Positions 1 through 13,577 of a stretch of 64,000 nt of DNA are shown one piece after another. The notes under the pieces were generated by a model. That model was not told where the DNA came from, made no database searches, and was given only the letters and a program-made list of their open reading frames with translations. Source of the DNA: Ruditapes philippinarum (Eukaryota). Within the stretch, counting starts at the first letter, position 1. Each line of letters starts with the position of its first letter. The position numbers were made by a program, and so were the translations under genes. The stretch covers positions 62,001 to 126,000 of the forward strand of contig NW_026854133.1 in assembly GCF_026571515.1 (NCBI RefSeq), written 5' to 3'.

Positions 1-220
1 TTTTTGATATGATTTGAGTAAAAAGTGTTTAAACGCTTTTCAATTTTTGGTCATTTTTCACAATATGAATAATAATCCTGGATAAATCGTAATAACCAAT
101 GATCTAAAATTTTGCACACAAGTTACTGATCTAGACCTACATCAAACTGAGCATTAAAATCGAAAAAATTTTTTATTTCCAGTTTTGTCATGTCAAAAAA
201 CCTCAGTGGAGTCCCTTTAA
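1..220. mobile_element. End of a TTAA-flanked MITE (Kolobok-like, family A)
   Basis: Ends ...cagtggagtccct+ttaa; the same terminus and body recur at 4330-4438, 34318-34440 (inverted) and 43448-43767. Confidence 0.55.
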
Positions 221-517
221 AATGTTTGAGATCATTGTCACTGTGAAATCCCCACTCAAACCAGCAATTTTTTAACCCTGGTTCTTGTTTGAGATCTATC
301 TCTTGATAGACTAAGTCTAATAGGCTATTTATGTGTCACCTAGGAAGCTGAATTTCTTTTATAATTTAAATATTTGGTTTAAACATGTTTATTTATTTAA
401 AAACATATTTAACAAGTGGACAATATTTACTAAGTACATTTTGGGATTGGGCAGAAAACTATATGAGAAAGCTTATGAGTGTCCTCTCCCATTATATATA
501 ATTATAAGAGATCTTAC

Positions 518-1048
518 CTCTTCAGTATTTGAGTCATCAGTTTTTTGTCGTTTTGGTGTACCTTCATTATCATCGACATCCAAACTTTGACAACTACAAG
601 ATGCACTGATATTAAAAGACCTATTCAGCGATTGCAGCAACACTGAGTTATTTACACCTTGCTCATGTTTAAGGTCAATCAAAACAACATCACATGGGTG
701 TTTAAAATTATATTTCTGGAATTTTAATTCTGAACTTCCTATATGTCCCACCAGTACTCTGACATCAAGGTTACTGCAAATGTTGGCATTGGATACATAA
801 AATTCCTTCACAAGATTTCTTATTTCATCCGTAAATGGAACTCTGAGTAGTTCAAAATGAGAATCGCAAGTCTTTGAGTTTAAGATGCCATTTTCATTGT
901 TTTGGTCAGTATTTAATAAAATTCCTGGTTGAATGTGTATGTATGCAGTTTTTGATGCCAGTTTGTTAATTTCCTTCATGTAAAGAGGAAGGCATTTTCT
1001 AATGTGGTTTACAGGCTGTGTAAGGATAAACAAAGCCGTGTTGAACAT
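518..1048 (-). CDS. COASY: Bifunctional coenzyme A synthase, first coding exon (N-terminal domain); gene continues left of the window
   Basis: MFNTALFILTQP...KTAYIHIQPG...FY...NLDVRVLV matches the COASY N-terminal pattern (human FRSGLLVLTTP...TLYVHLQPG...LDVRILL, recalled). Acceptor ttttcag before 1068, ATG at 1048, phase-0 donor GAG|gtaaga at 518/517; 177 codons. Confidence 0.85.
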
Positions 1049-3876
1049 CTTTCACTGTCTAGATACACCTGAAAATGTTAAACAAAATTTTGTTGACAAC
1101 GTTATGATATTTATTTGCTCTTTGTTCAGATAAAAAAAATTTGCAATAGGATTGAAATATTTACAATGAATCATAAAACATAACTTTGGTAAATCTGCTA
1201 AGTCTATTTGTCAGCTTAGTTATTAACTGTTTATAAAAGTATTTATTGTTCAAATATTGTTTGTTTAACAGCTATGCTGTTCTTGAACAATTTTAATTTA
1301 TTAATGCTTCTATTGAACTCTAACCAATAGATACAAATTAATACAGTGCAAGTTTTCCATATATTCTCTAATTTTTTGAGACACAAAAATATTAAATTCT
1401 GATATTCCAAAAATGTTAAAGAACAAAGCGGTCATGTAATGGATGTTTACCTAGCCCAACAAATTGTGCGCTTTAGTTTAGGGTTTTTTTATTATATAGA
1501 CGATGGTCACCCTTCACAGACATCTATGAAATAACAGATTATAAAATCTGTCGGTTTTGCAGTTGAAATATTGAGACTAGGTGTTTGCCCTGCTTTGAAT
1601 TTTCAAATTGCAGGTTAGTCTGCACAGAATTAAGTTCGGTTCCAGCAGGTTTTAGGGTAAAAAAAATAGACTCAACAGCAGTGCCAACAAAGTGACTGAT
1701 TACAGTGATTAGCCCATTTTTATCTGAAACATTTCTTAACTTAATAAGTAAATTAGTGAACTACTAATCCATATAGGCTGTGGGACAACCTGGGCAATAA
1801 CTGACCAACTAATTAGACCTGTCAAAGGGACATCGAGATAATGTTGGACATGTGATATTCATTTTGGTGACACTGACAGTAAGAAAAGACGCCTATAAAA
1901 CCAATCACCCGTTCATTCCAAATTAATTATGCATGGGCAATATGGAAACTTGATTTTGCCATTCCTCCACTCCTATACGAATTTATATTTTTTAATGTTT
2001 TAAAGAACACTCATCAGTGTATTGGCATTAATGTTTTATTTTCATTGTGCAATTATAACATTTAAAGTTTACACTAAAACAGTATAACATTACAAAAGTC
2101 AATCAATGCGTTAAACAAATGACAAAAGCAAAATGCATTAAAATACCAAACAACCGCGTGTAATACGTTTGTTTTTTCACGTTTCTATTTCTAAACAAGT
2201 CCAAAGTTTGGTGTAAATGGCGTAATTTCAACCAAGGGACGTAACTGCTGCTTTATTGCAAGCATATGATAAATCCGTTATATCACGTGCTTAAACCGTA
2301 TAATATGTGTCGTTCCTTTCCGTTCGCACTAGATATTACATACGGCTCACTGTCTTTAGTCGTTGGCGTAATTTTAGCAATTTCATCACTATATTGTGAA
2401 TAAAAATACATTTTTTAAGATTTTTTTAGTATATAAATAAAGATATTATTATTATATGTGTTCATTATTAATAAACATAACTATTGTATGTTAATTATAT
2501 TATTTTCACTAGCATCGTTTTTTAATAGAATCGATACAAAATTATGCTGACCGTAAAAAATTCATAACTAGAGGCCGAGTAGACTTACAAGCTCGATATC
2601 CTGCCTTAGGTGTGAGAGGCCTGGTGTTCAAATACCTTTTTCTTTTATCATAAACAATAGTTCAAACATCTGATACCAAGAATTGAATGAGATCTGGTGT
2701 CGGTATTCTAGGAAGACGCCCCAGATATATTACAGAATATACATTTATATTATATACCAATTATCTTTTGAAACAAAAAAAAGGCAAAAACTTGCATTTT
2801 AAGCGTCGATACACAAAATTGATGCATGATAATGTGAACAGGCCCACTCAAACAGTAAAATTTTGTTGTTTTTATTATTTTCTAAGGATCCCCCCTTTTC
2901 CAGACTTAAAAGTTAATTGCCTAAAGTCGCGGATTTATGTAATTAAAATCCATGCTAAAGTCGTATATTTTTAGTATACAAGCATATTTTACACTGTATG
3001 TATTGAAATTAATGCTTTTTATTTGATTCTTAATTAATGGTGTTTGCATTTTGATTGTTTAAGACTGTCCAAAGTTTTTCACCAATTTTAGCAGTGAAAG
3101 ATTGCTGCACCCATCACAAACGTATACGTATACTACTGCTTAATATTCAGCTTACTGGCGAGAACCGATTTATACCCACCCGACCAGTTCAGTCCAAGAC
3201 CACCTAGCATAGCCGTGCCGTCTGATCAAGGTACGCACTGATCGCTATATTCAGTAAGTACATATATGTATTTTGAAAATTTCCATAGAAATGATTTTCC
3301 ATATAAAATGATGAACGTTTATTTCCGGTTTGAAAGATGACAGGTTTGTACAAGATATTTATCATCGGGGTTACTGCTACTCATGCTTTGATGTGATTTT
3401 TTTTTTTTTTTTGGGGGGGGGGATGGGTCTGGGGGTTGCATTTAAAATATCACCTTCTATAAGGTAATTCCACTATCCAAATCTACGGTCATTGCTTTTT
3501 AATACTATAACATATGCCTGAATGCATAAGAAAACAATCTATAACGTCGTTTTGATTACATGAATTATACATTGCTTGACTTTGTAAGTGGTCATTAAAG
3601 TAGGTTAAGTTCTAAAAACGTTTGTCTCCATGTCCTGAAAATTCATGAACCGAGTTATTTCGACATCATTGAATTCTTTTAATATTTGTGGTATTTTATT
3701 TTGCTGACGCCAATCTAACGGAATTTTAAGAATCTAAGTTAAGGACAAGGAGATTTCAAAATACACTGAACTTTTGACGATTCTACAGATAAGACAAATA
3801 TTTGTAGCATTTCTATATTGGAACAATAGAGAAGTTCACCACCGAATTTAAAGTAAAGTGTAAAAACAATTTTGGT

Positions 3877-4438
3877 TTAAAGGAACTTCACTGAGGTCTC
3901 AAAGCATAAACATAAAATTAGAATTGGTTAATACAGAATATATTTAAGTTCGATTGTGTTGGAAGCTATTAGCTTATAGACACATTGTCGAGTCTGTTCC
4001 TGAAGCAAACCAGTACTGAGCAATAAGTGTAAAGTTTCTTGCCCAAGGAAACAACGAATTGCCACTGATGAGGTTTGTACCCATACGAATAGCGATCATT
4101 AAATTAGTAGTCCGACGCATACCGCCAAAATATGCATTTGTTATATGTCTTGATTAAGCCGTGGCACTTAAAACAGAGATAAATGCAAAAGACATCTAAG
4201 AAATATACCCAGTAATAAATTGAAATTTCTATTTTTTGTGCAATTCTTAGCCCGATTTGAGTCAAAGCGTTGCAACGTTTCACCATTAGAATAATTTTTC
4301 TGGGGAAACGGAGAGAGCTAATTGATCTGAACTTTTGCACACAAGTTATTGGTCTAGACCCATATCAAATGGGACATTAATCTCGGGAAATAATTTCCAA
4401 TCCAGTCATGTCAAAAATCCACGGTGGAGTCCCTTTAA
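3877..4438. mobile_element. Family A TTAA-flanked MITE containing a SINE
   Basis: Imperfect TIRs ttaa+aggaacttcactg ... cggtggagtccct+ttaa; right half similar to 1-220. Confidence 0.5.
3940..4128 (-). mobile_element. tRNA-derived SINE (CORE-like)
   Basis: Reverse complement has a degenerate tRNA-like head, gcaagaaactttacact core and tagcttccaacacaatcgaact tail, all shared with the copy at 46730-46942. Confidence 0.65.
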
Positions 4439-4899
4439 TCATTCGGACCGAAATTCCTTCAAAAGTGACATAATCTAGAACTTAAGATTTCGAAATAAGA
4501 AAATAAATGTTCCAATTGCTATTGAAAATGCTGCAAGATAATAGAATGAAAGAAAGATTTGTAACATTCTTTCAAAATGAATGTTTATAACAAACTCGTA
4601 GCTCAGTATTTTATGATAAATAAAATTGTTGCCATCAATATAAGAAAAACACCTTTTTAAAAAAGAAAAAAATGTAACGTAACGCTTCTGTAATTTTCGT
4701 TTTTGATTTAAAAAAAGAAGAAGTGAAAAACATTATGGAAATGTCCATACAGTATTTGAATGTTTCAGTTTATTGGCAAATCGGCATATACAATATACCT
4801 TTGGCCATTTACAATATACAAAAGGATGGCCAAGATAATACAATTTACATTTAACATAAATACAATACATGAAATACAATACAGTTATAATACAAGAAC

Positions 4900-7800
4900 C
4901 TAAGAAGCAGCAATAATTGCAAGTTTTTCATTTCTCAAATGCATAGCATAAAATACAAATTTGGCAATATTCCTAATAGTTCTATTATTACTTGAAGACA
5001 ATAATCTAGTAAATTTATTAATGCATGGAAAAGAATAATTAACATTATATTTTCGACGAAGGTTTCTATAGAGTGGACAGCATAACAAAAAATGATATTC
5101 AGATTCAACATTAAGTGAACAAAGTTTACAAGTTCGTAGGTTTCGATCAATACCTGCAAATCTACCACTTTCAATTTCAAGAAGATGGAACAGAGTCTAA
5201 AACGAGACAATTCTTTTCTTTGATGCTCATTTGTAACAATATCTAGATACTTTTCATATTTAAACTCACATTTGAATTTTCTATAATAATATAACTTAGA
5301 TTGATTCATTATTGTATCATTCCATGTTTGAACGTACTGATCACGTAGCCTTTGTTTTAACATTGGCAAATAATTCATATCAAGGTTTAGAGAATTCCAT
5401 AAGTAGCTATATCCAAGACTATCAAGTTGTTTTTTAACAGACGATGACCAAGTAGACATGGTATTATTAGGTAACAAAGCACATTGTTCCAAAAATATTG
5501 TATGTACTAATGACCCTGGATATTTCATTATATTTAACCAGTATTTAAGAGCACGTTCTTTACAGATAACAGATAAAGGAAAGCGACCAAGCTCTCCAAG
5601 CACAGCAGCATTGGAAGTCTGAGGTCGAACACCAAGGACTATTTTACAAAAACGGAGATGCAATTTGTCGATTTCTTTGCAGTTATATATTCCCCAGACT
5701 TCAGATCCATACAATAGTATTGGAACAACGAGAGAGTCGAATAGGGACAATTTAGTTTTAATGTCTAGTTTTATTCTACTAAACACAGACAACAAATTGT
5801 TATATGCCTTCAGAGCTTGGTCGCTTAAAGTTTTTACAGCATTAACCATAGAACCAGTATAAAAGAATTGTATACCAAGATAACAAAATGAATCAACTAT
5901 TTCAATAGGCTCATTATCAACAAACCAGGTATAGTTATGTCTAGATTTTCTCTTTTCAAAAATACATATTTTGGTTTTATCTACATTAATTTTCAAACCC
6001 CATTTTCGTGAATACTCATATACCTGGTTGAGTTGGAGTTGTAGACTGTCAGGATTGGTAGTAAATAGTGCAATGTCGTCAGCAAACAATAACATGTACA
6101 TTGACAATAAATTTATATCATCATTAGAAAGTTGTGAGAAATTAATACAAGAAGATATATCATTTACAAATAAAATAAAAAGAAGGGGCGAGAGTGGTTC
6201 CCCTTGTTTCAGTCCGAGTGAGATATCAAAGAATTGAGCATTCGAGCTATTATCATGATTTTTTATACACGACTTAACATTTTCATAAATCGCTTTTATC
6301 ATTTTAATAATTTTGCAGCTAATTCCAGACTGTACTAATTTTATCCATAAAGCCTCGTGTATTACAGTATCGAAAGCTTTCTCGTAGTCAATAAAGGCAC
6401 AATAGAGTTTACACTTATTTAACAAAACCTTCTGAATTATCGCATGCAAAAGAAAAATACAATCGGCAGTACTACGCTTATCTCTGAACCCAAATTGGCT
6501 GTCATTCAATACATTTTCATTTTCACAAAATTTATTAATACGATTACGTAATACAAGCGAAAATATCTTAGCAACAACATTTACAAGAGTTATCCCTCTA
6601 TAATTAGCAGGGTCAGTATAATCACCCTTTTTATGAATTGGAACAATTGCTCCTTTACTCCATGCCTCAGGATATTCACCTTTATCATAAATAACATTAA
6701 AAATTTTGACAAGATATGGTGCAATAAATTCGTTTGAATCAATAAAAAAATCTGCTACATTTCCATCAATATCACTGCTTTTAAAACGCTTTAAACTGGA
6801 AATGGTTTCCTTTACCTCATTTAAGGAGAAAGGACAATCAAGACTGTCTATGTGAAGTGCTTCATCTCTAACACTATAATCATCATCATTAAAAGTACTC
6901 TCGTGTTGTGTGTTCGAAATATTACGAAAATGGTTAATAAAATCATCTAGACTAATATCATTTCCTTTTCTATTACATCTATTATTATATTTACGTATAT
7001 ACTTCCAAAATTTTCTAGAGCTACTTTTGCTAAGATCCGACAAAGTTCGTTTTTCTCTATCAAAATAATTCCTTTTAGCGATTTTTTTTACATTACAAAA
7101 TTGTTTACGTGCATTCAAAAATAAATGTCTATGTACATCAGTTGGACTTTCGCTAAATAGTCTTTTACATCTATAAAACTCAATTTTACTAGCTTTGCAT
7201 TCGTTATTAAACCATGGTGACCGCTTAACATTTGGTCTAATTGTACGCTTCAGCGAACAAGTTTTACCTTGAAGCTGAAATGAAATATCAAACACAATAT
7301 TAGAAAAGTCATAAATACAGGTATTTATATCAGATTCATTCAACATGAGTTTATTAGTTATTTCCTCGAATATAGCCCTTTTATCATTCAAAACTGTATT
7401 CAATTTATTAATATCACAATTTTCCCATATAATTTTGTTAAATGAATTAAAATTAACTACTTGTGTTTCCATATGCATATAATTGAGATTAAACGATATT
7501 GAACAATGATCCGAAAATTCGGATAAATCATGTACTTTCATACAATCGATCAAAGAAAATACATCTATATCAGTAATAACATAATCGACCACGCTAGCGG
7601 CCCTATTGTTACGTATTGTATTATAGCAAGTAAATTTTCCTGGTTCTAATCGACCATTCAATATATATAAACTATTTTCCTTACATAGGCTTAGCAATTT
7701 ATTACCAAAGCTATTTAAATGGTGATCCAATGATGATCGTACCGGTAGATTTACCGAGAAGTTATCACTCAAGGGCATATCAATATAGCGGTCAAGGTTA

Positions 7801-8331
7801 ATATCATTCACAACATCTGACCTTTGACTTACTCTAGAGTTTAGGTCACCGGTCAACATGACATTACCTAATTGTCTATAATGACGTATATCGTCAGCTA
7901 TTAACTCAAAGAAGTCAAAATCAAACAATGGTGAATCCCTATTCTTATACACATTTGAGTCTTCGGGCGGAATATAACAACTACAAACATAAATGTCATT
8001 CAAAGTACCAAAATAAGATTTTTTCAGTTTAAACCATATCACACCTTTATCGTTTAAGCTCATTAACTCAATATGACCTGATAGTTTCTCTTTATAAAAT
8101 ATAATTATACCACCGCTGTAACGCTTTGCCCTTTTATTTATATTTAGGCCGCGGACACGAAAAACTTTCAAAGTGATCTATGCTAATATTTGATATTTTA
8201 GAATTCCAGGTTTCAGTAGTAATGATAATGTCATATTTGTTTAGAAAATTGATAAAGTCACTATCATTCAGTTTTTTACAAATTCCTTGCACATTCCAAA
8301 GAAGAAATTTTAGCTGCTTCTCATCTGCTTC
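4900..8331 (-). CDS. LINE ORF2: AP endonuclease, reverse transcriptase and C-terminal CCHC; frameshifts near 8137 and 5185
   Basis: WNVQG, TETW, YIPP, GDLNSR, DY and SDHC endonuclease motifs; NYRGITL, QFGFR, FIDYEKAFD, QGEPLSPLLF, LFADD and YLG RT motifs; CKLC..EYHFLLCC after the last frameshift. Confidence 0.92.
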
Positions 8332-9318
8332 CTATTCATGGGTCATAGCTTGCTCGTCCGGCTGCATATCCGCTTCACGGCGAGCATTCTGTATGACAGA
8401 CGACGCTCGCGGGCTTGAGTCCCTCTTACTGTTGTCCACGGTGCGCATATTCACGTGTTTGCCTTGCTGCCACCGTGGCGCTTGTGTCGGTGCTGGACCT
8501 GGCGGTAGGCTGTCAGCCGTGTAGGCGCGATTCTCGATGTATAGAGTGTCATATGAAAGAACTGCCTCTTTATTATTTTGCCTAGCTTGAATTAGGTAGG
8601 GAATAAGTATTTTCCGTCGTTCTTGTATAGCTTTCGGGAATTGGTCACTTATGCGATATTGTTTGCCATCAAGATTATCCCGCGCTTTCTGTTTTACTTC
8701 CATTTTGTCGCCATAATAATTAAAACTTCACGACTATCGGCCGAGATTTTTAGGGTCAAATTTTCCAATTCGATGGGCTCGGTCGATTTTGAATCTAATT
8801 TCAGCATCATTAATACCGAGCTTAGATGTACAAAAATTGATAATTTTGATTTTACAGTCCTCCGTTCTGCGATCATCACGTGACTTTTCCTCGTCAAAAT
8901 TAAAGAAAAGGAGGTTATCCCTCATAAGCCTAGATGTAACATCTACTATATCATCAGACATACTTTTATTCTCTAATTTTAATTTTTCAACAGTTTTAGC
9001 CAGTGCAGCATTTTCATCTTTTTCGGCTTTCAAGAGTTTTTCAAGTTGTTTGTGTTTATTGCTCAACTCATCACATACCTGCGTATCAAAATTTCTGCTT
9101 ACCTCCATTTCCGTGAGACGACTATTGGTATCAGTTACTTTTGTTTCAAGTGATAATACACGTGTTTCAACTGACGAGATTTTCTGCGATATTTTACACA
9201 TTTCAGATTCAAGTTTATCTAATTTTGAAAGCTTAGTTTCTATAGATTTTTGGTGGGTCTCTATAGAGGTCAATTTTGACATCATAGAATCGTACCATGG
9301 TAATCCCGTTGGACTCAA
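8332..9318 (-). CDS. LINE ORF1: coiled coil plus RRM-like domain; two compensating indels at 8720-8750
   Basis: Heptad-rich N-half, then RDNLLFFNFDE, IDRAHRIG, RPIVVKF and ISDQFP...ERRKIL motifs typical of LINE ORF1 proteins. Confidence 0.85.
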
Positions 9319-10010
9319 ATATATTTCAATTTATAGATGAATCAGTCACCAAGGAAAGCATATCAAAATGTTCTATATTCAGGAGAAAGTTTCATATAAG
9401 CTGCAAGCTTTCTACTCAATCCTGAATACAATTTATATATTGTAATTGTGTCTGTAAATATTGATGAAGAAATGAATATTGTTTAAACCAAACTTTCTAT
9501 AATCATTCTTTTATTAAAGCTTTGATTCTATATCATATAACAAAGAAGTGAGAGTGGATATTTATTGTAAGATATTGACTGGCTCCCTGCTCTGGTTGAC
9601 TGGCTGTCTAGCAAGCTAAACGACGTGCAAACAGGCGGATTGACGGACGGGTAGATGGACAGGCTGACTGTCTGGTCCACCGACCGGAAGACTAGCCAAA
9701 ACATTTAGAATTAAACTGCAGCAAACTGCATACGTGCAAATTAGGTTTTACTGAAACCAACTAGCATTTCATTTGGAAGTTATTATTATAACAGCCTTAT
9801 AATTTTAGTTATACTCGTATTAATCGACCAATATTATTTCATTAAAGATAACTGTCTGTTTATGCAAGCTCTACATATTTTGATTGCCATGCCGTGTTTT
9901 CAATCCGTAGGCATTCCTGCAATATACAGTGAAATGCTAGCCTTAAGTATTAATCATTGAACTTTAATGTATAATGTTGTTATGGATGGTAATGATGTCC
10001 TATTCTTAAA

Positions 10011-10193
10011 ATGTTGATATTGATAATGCTGTTGTTGTTGATGATAATGATGATGATGATAATGATGACAATGATGACAATGATGATGTATTATTCTTAT
10101 TATGATGATCTTGATGATGATGTCGTTATTGTGGTCGTCGTTGTTGTTGTTGATGATGATGATGATGATGATGACGATGACGATGATGATGAT
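10011..10193. repeat. (GAT/GTT)n microsatellite
   Basis: Directly visible trinucleotide run. Confidence 0.9.
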
Positions 10194-10470
10194 TAACTAC
10201 ATAATTCAAAGTGTTCATCTCCAAGATGTGTCAATAGATTGTGTCCATAGATTGAGAAATAGAACAGGAACCATGAAGGAACTTTTTCAACAAGTCTTAG
10301 CTAGCAACGAGTACAAAACTGTCAAATAACTATCCGAAAACTGGGACATGTGTAAGATTAGAAAAGTAGAGTGCTCAATTGTTCTATTTATTAGCATATG
10401 ATACGAAATGCCCTTGTGACGGGGTTGATGTAATTTGTTACAAAATAAAGTATCTCATTTTCTTCTTTAA

Positions 10471-10818
10471 AGGTGCACGCCTCCAGATGAGCCAAAATAT
10501 TTCAAGAAAATCAATATTGAGAAAAATGTACTAACATTTTAAGAAAGGTAAAAACATTCAAGATCCAAGTTAAATTTTACATGTTATGTGCGGTTTAAGA
10601 CTGATTTTGCGGTATTTTATCACCATATTTCTACTGCGTTACTAACGCAGTAAGGGCTGTTTTTGCATATGTTGACCACTTTTTGGTAATTTTCTTGGAT
10701 TGTAAGTGCCGATTGCAATATGTAAATTACTTTATTTGTTCACCTCACAATATTTTACTTTTAAATACATTTCTAGAATTCTCATGCAATATTGACATGA
10801 ATCTGTAAGCGTGCTGCT
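10471..10818. mobile_element. TTAA-flanked MITE (Kolobok-like, family B)
   Basis: TIRs aggtgcacgcctccagat / atctgtaagcgtgctgct; inverted full copy at 58606-58909 and partial copy at 18767-18945. Confidence 0.7.
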
Positions 10819-11399
10819 TTGAAGGTTTATATAAAAAAAACTCTTCACCGATTTTATAACGGGTCACTACCACTATATACGCTTTTTTATTCAGACTGGA
10901 CCTAGGTTAAATTTTCGGCTGCAGGTCCCTTCAGCTGAAATCACCTTAACCTAAAATATTTGCTTGATCAAGTGCACGAATTAAATTGGTAGTTTGAAAT
11001 CAAATTTTGTGACCGGCGTTTGCACGAAGATATAAACATTCAGTGCATGATTCAACCAGTCCAAAAGCGTGCTCCCTAAGTGAGACTCGATTGGAAGTAT
11101 TCCGGTTTGACGTCGGGAATATTTTAAACATGATATGATTGAAACCATGTCACGCAAGGTTTAGTTGCATCTGCTTTAGACTTTGTCCACATAAATTATC
11201 AAGTTTGCTGGTGTGAACAAAGAAAACCACTTGTGTGCATCTCGCAATTAAGATGATAAAGAAATCGAGTGTCATTGAGGTTCAGCCCTTTAATTAGTAT
11301 TTCTCGACATTAACGAATATATTCTCTTTATTTTACACCTTATACAATATAACCATTGGACTTTCAGCGTTAGAACTACTCTAAGTTCCAATATAAATC

Positions 11400-11630
11400 A
11401 AATTATCGGATCCAATCTTATCAATATTGCCTCGTTTCCATTTCCAGAGTACATGACATCCATATCAAATCCATATCACACACCATATTGCCTCGTTTCC
11501 AGTTCCGTAGTACAGACATCTATATCAAATTCACATCATACCCCATTTAGCCTCGTTTTCAGTTTAAAAGTCCAAAATATCTATATCAAATGCATGTAGT
11601 ACTCCACTTAGACTCATTTTCATTTTCAAC
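11400..11630. repeat. About 60-bp minisatellite, about 4 diverged units
   Basis: Recurring tatcaaat...cca.att.gcctcgtttcca.tt at about 60-nt period. Confidence 0.7.
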
Positions 11631-12978
11631 GTCAAAGTATTGTCAAAATGTCAAAATATGAAATAAAGAGATCATAATCATTTGTGAGAAAAATACTGAT
11701 TCTATTGGACTCGTATACAGCTACAAAACCTATAGTCGACTCAGTTAGCGCCCCGTCCAATATAGGTTTAACAGCTGATTACTCGTCCAACAGAATTCAG
11801 TATTGATCTCAACAATTATTATAACTAAAAAGTACAAATGTATATGATTATTGGTTTTAAAGATTATTGACTTGTTTATAACGAGATCCAGCTGAGTAAT
11901 TTAACGCAAGGAGCAGCAGAGTTACCCATGCAACTAGTGCTACTACAGTGCTACTAGTGCTGAACAAGTTAGTTCAGTCGCCACATTACTGCGTGGTTTC
12001 ATTTTATATAAGATAGATGTACCTGACCGAGTTTTCTTCATTTTTAAGACCTACTTATTTCTAAATAGGGACATCACTAGAGAGATTTCTTATATATATG
12101 ACCGGTGCCTAATACACGCACTAAGTATTCTTAATTACAGGACATTAAAGCTAAAACTAAAGATAACTATAAGTAGTTATAATATAGTTAAGTTGAGATA
12201 TATCTACTCTACCCTGTATACAAAGATTACCAAGGTTTAAATAGAACCAATCTTTAGCCCGCATACAGGACAAACAAGACCTTGAAGTTATAAAACTTTT
12301 TTTCTGAGCGATATATCTGGAATCTCAGGAATTCTATCGATTAAACTGCATTCTGTGCCAATTATAAGGTCGTGCAATTATAAAATATTGTTTTAACAGT
12401 AAACACATTAAAAACCTTGGTTTGAAGTTCCAAAGAAATTTTCACAGCCCGTAATCAGGTCTGAAAGTCTCATGCAGGAATTTGATTGGCCAGAAACTGG
12501 CAAGGAACTGTACACTGACCAATGGAAATCCTCGGGACAGAGCTCAGCCTTGAGTGTCAAAGGAAAGCAATCGACGATTATTATTATTGGAAAGCTCTCC
12601 ACAGTAGATCTTAAACCTGGGTTCAATTCTAAAATCAAGCTCGAACTGACGCCAAATACTTTATATACATTTTATGTTTGTTTTGTTTTACTTTTCTTTT
12701 GGCCCGTACATTACATTTTGGGAATTATCTTATATGATTATTGTTTTGTTTATATCCTACGGTCTTGACAAATATATATTAGAAGAAAAAAAAACACACA
12801 GTTTCTTGGCTACCATAATATCTGTCCTTCTTTAATTTTATTTTGTAGCACACAAATAGATTATTTTCAAATATAGTTGTAATCTCGGTTCGTTACAGTA
12901 CAGCATGACCTTCCATATATTTATTATCTTATTTTGCGCATGACCGATTGGAAACAATGTGATGTTTTTGATCACCAG

Positions 12979-13061
12979 GTCACATGACCACTGAAGTCTC
13001 GCGTGATAATGAAATTATCACGGGTTCTGTTTTTTTCGGGGACAACTCAAAACATATAAAT
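12979..13061 (+). promoter_or_regulatory. Cathepsin copy 1 promoter: CLEAR/M-box GTCACATGAC plus TATA
   Basis: GTCACATGAC 12979-12988, TATAAAT 13055-13061, tcttcactag initiator-like motif at 13081, putative non-coding exon 1 ending at donor 13123|gtaag; same layout in copies 2 and 3. Confidence 0.7.
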
Positions 13062-13226
13062 ATGATGTCTTAACAACCGCTCTTCACTAGTGAAGGTGGA
13101 ACTAAAGACATCAGATATAAAAAGTAAGAGTTTCATTTTGTTTTAAAGGGACTAAAATTATAAAATTTCGTTGCTTATCATTTATTTAAGGTCTGGTTTC
13201 TTTTATATAGACTCTTACAGTTTTAA

Positions 13227-13577
13227 AGGCCGAATATGCCTAAGAAATGCTTGAATTTATATTGAAATTTTCAAAAGCTTTTTATGTTTGATTTGTGGTT
13301 ATATATTCCAAAAATATACTCATTGGCCAATTATCTGACCTGTTGCTTTTTTGGTAATAAGTACAGTTTTAGTGATTTAATTAGTATTTTGTATGGAAGT
13401 CAAAATACTACTTGTAAACTTTGTATACTTTTTGCTACTTTTGTTACCAATAATTTCACATTTAGCACTAATATCTTCTCGTGATAAGCATTAAACATAT
13501 TTTTAAACATTATGAAAATATTATTTGCCCTTTTGACAGAAGGAAATATATATTCTTTTTTGAAGCATAATGTGCCT
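13227..13577. mobile_element. TTAA-flanked MITE (family C) in copy 1 intron 1
   Basis: ttaa+aggccgaatatgc ... gcataatgtgcct+ttaa; related 5' end at about 42726. Confidence 0.5.

Larger units (their letters stand above)
4762..9320 (-). mobile_element. Non-LTR retrotransposon (LINE, RTE-X-like tentative), probably 5'-truncated, otherwise near intact
   Basis: ORF1 plus APE-RT-CCHC ORF2; 3' UTR with ttggccat/atggccaa stem (4801-4833) and AATAAA (4769-4774). Confidence 0.93.

Noticed and set aside
2575-2636. tRNA-like sequence (also 47140-47215 on the - strand)
   Set aside because: Only B-box-like remnants with no complete cloverleaf; likely decayed SINE heads.
5665-9340. Plus-strand ORFs of 65-183 aa
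   Set aside because: Antisense shadows of LINE ORF1 and ORF2.
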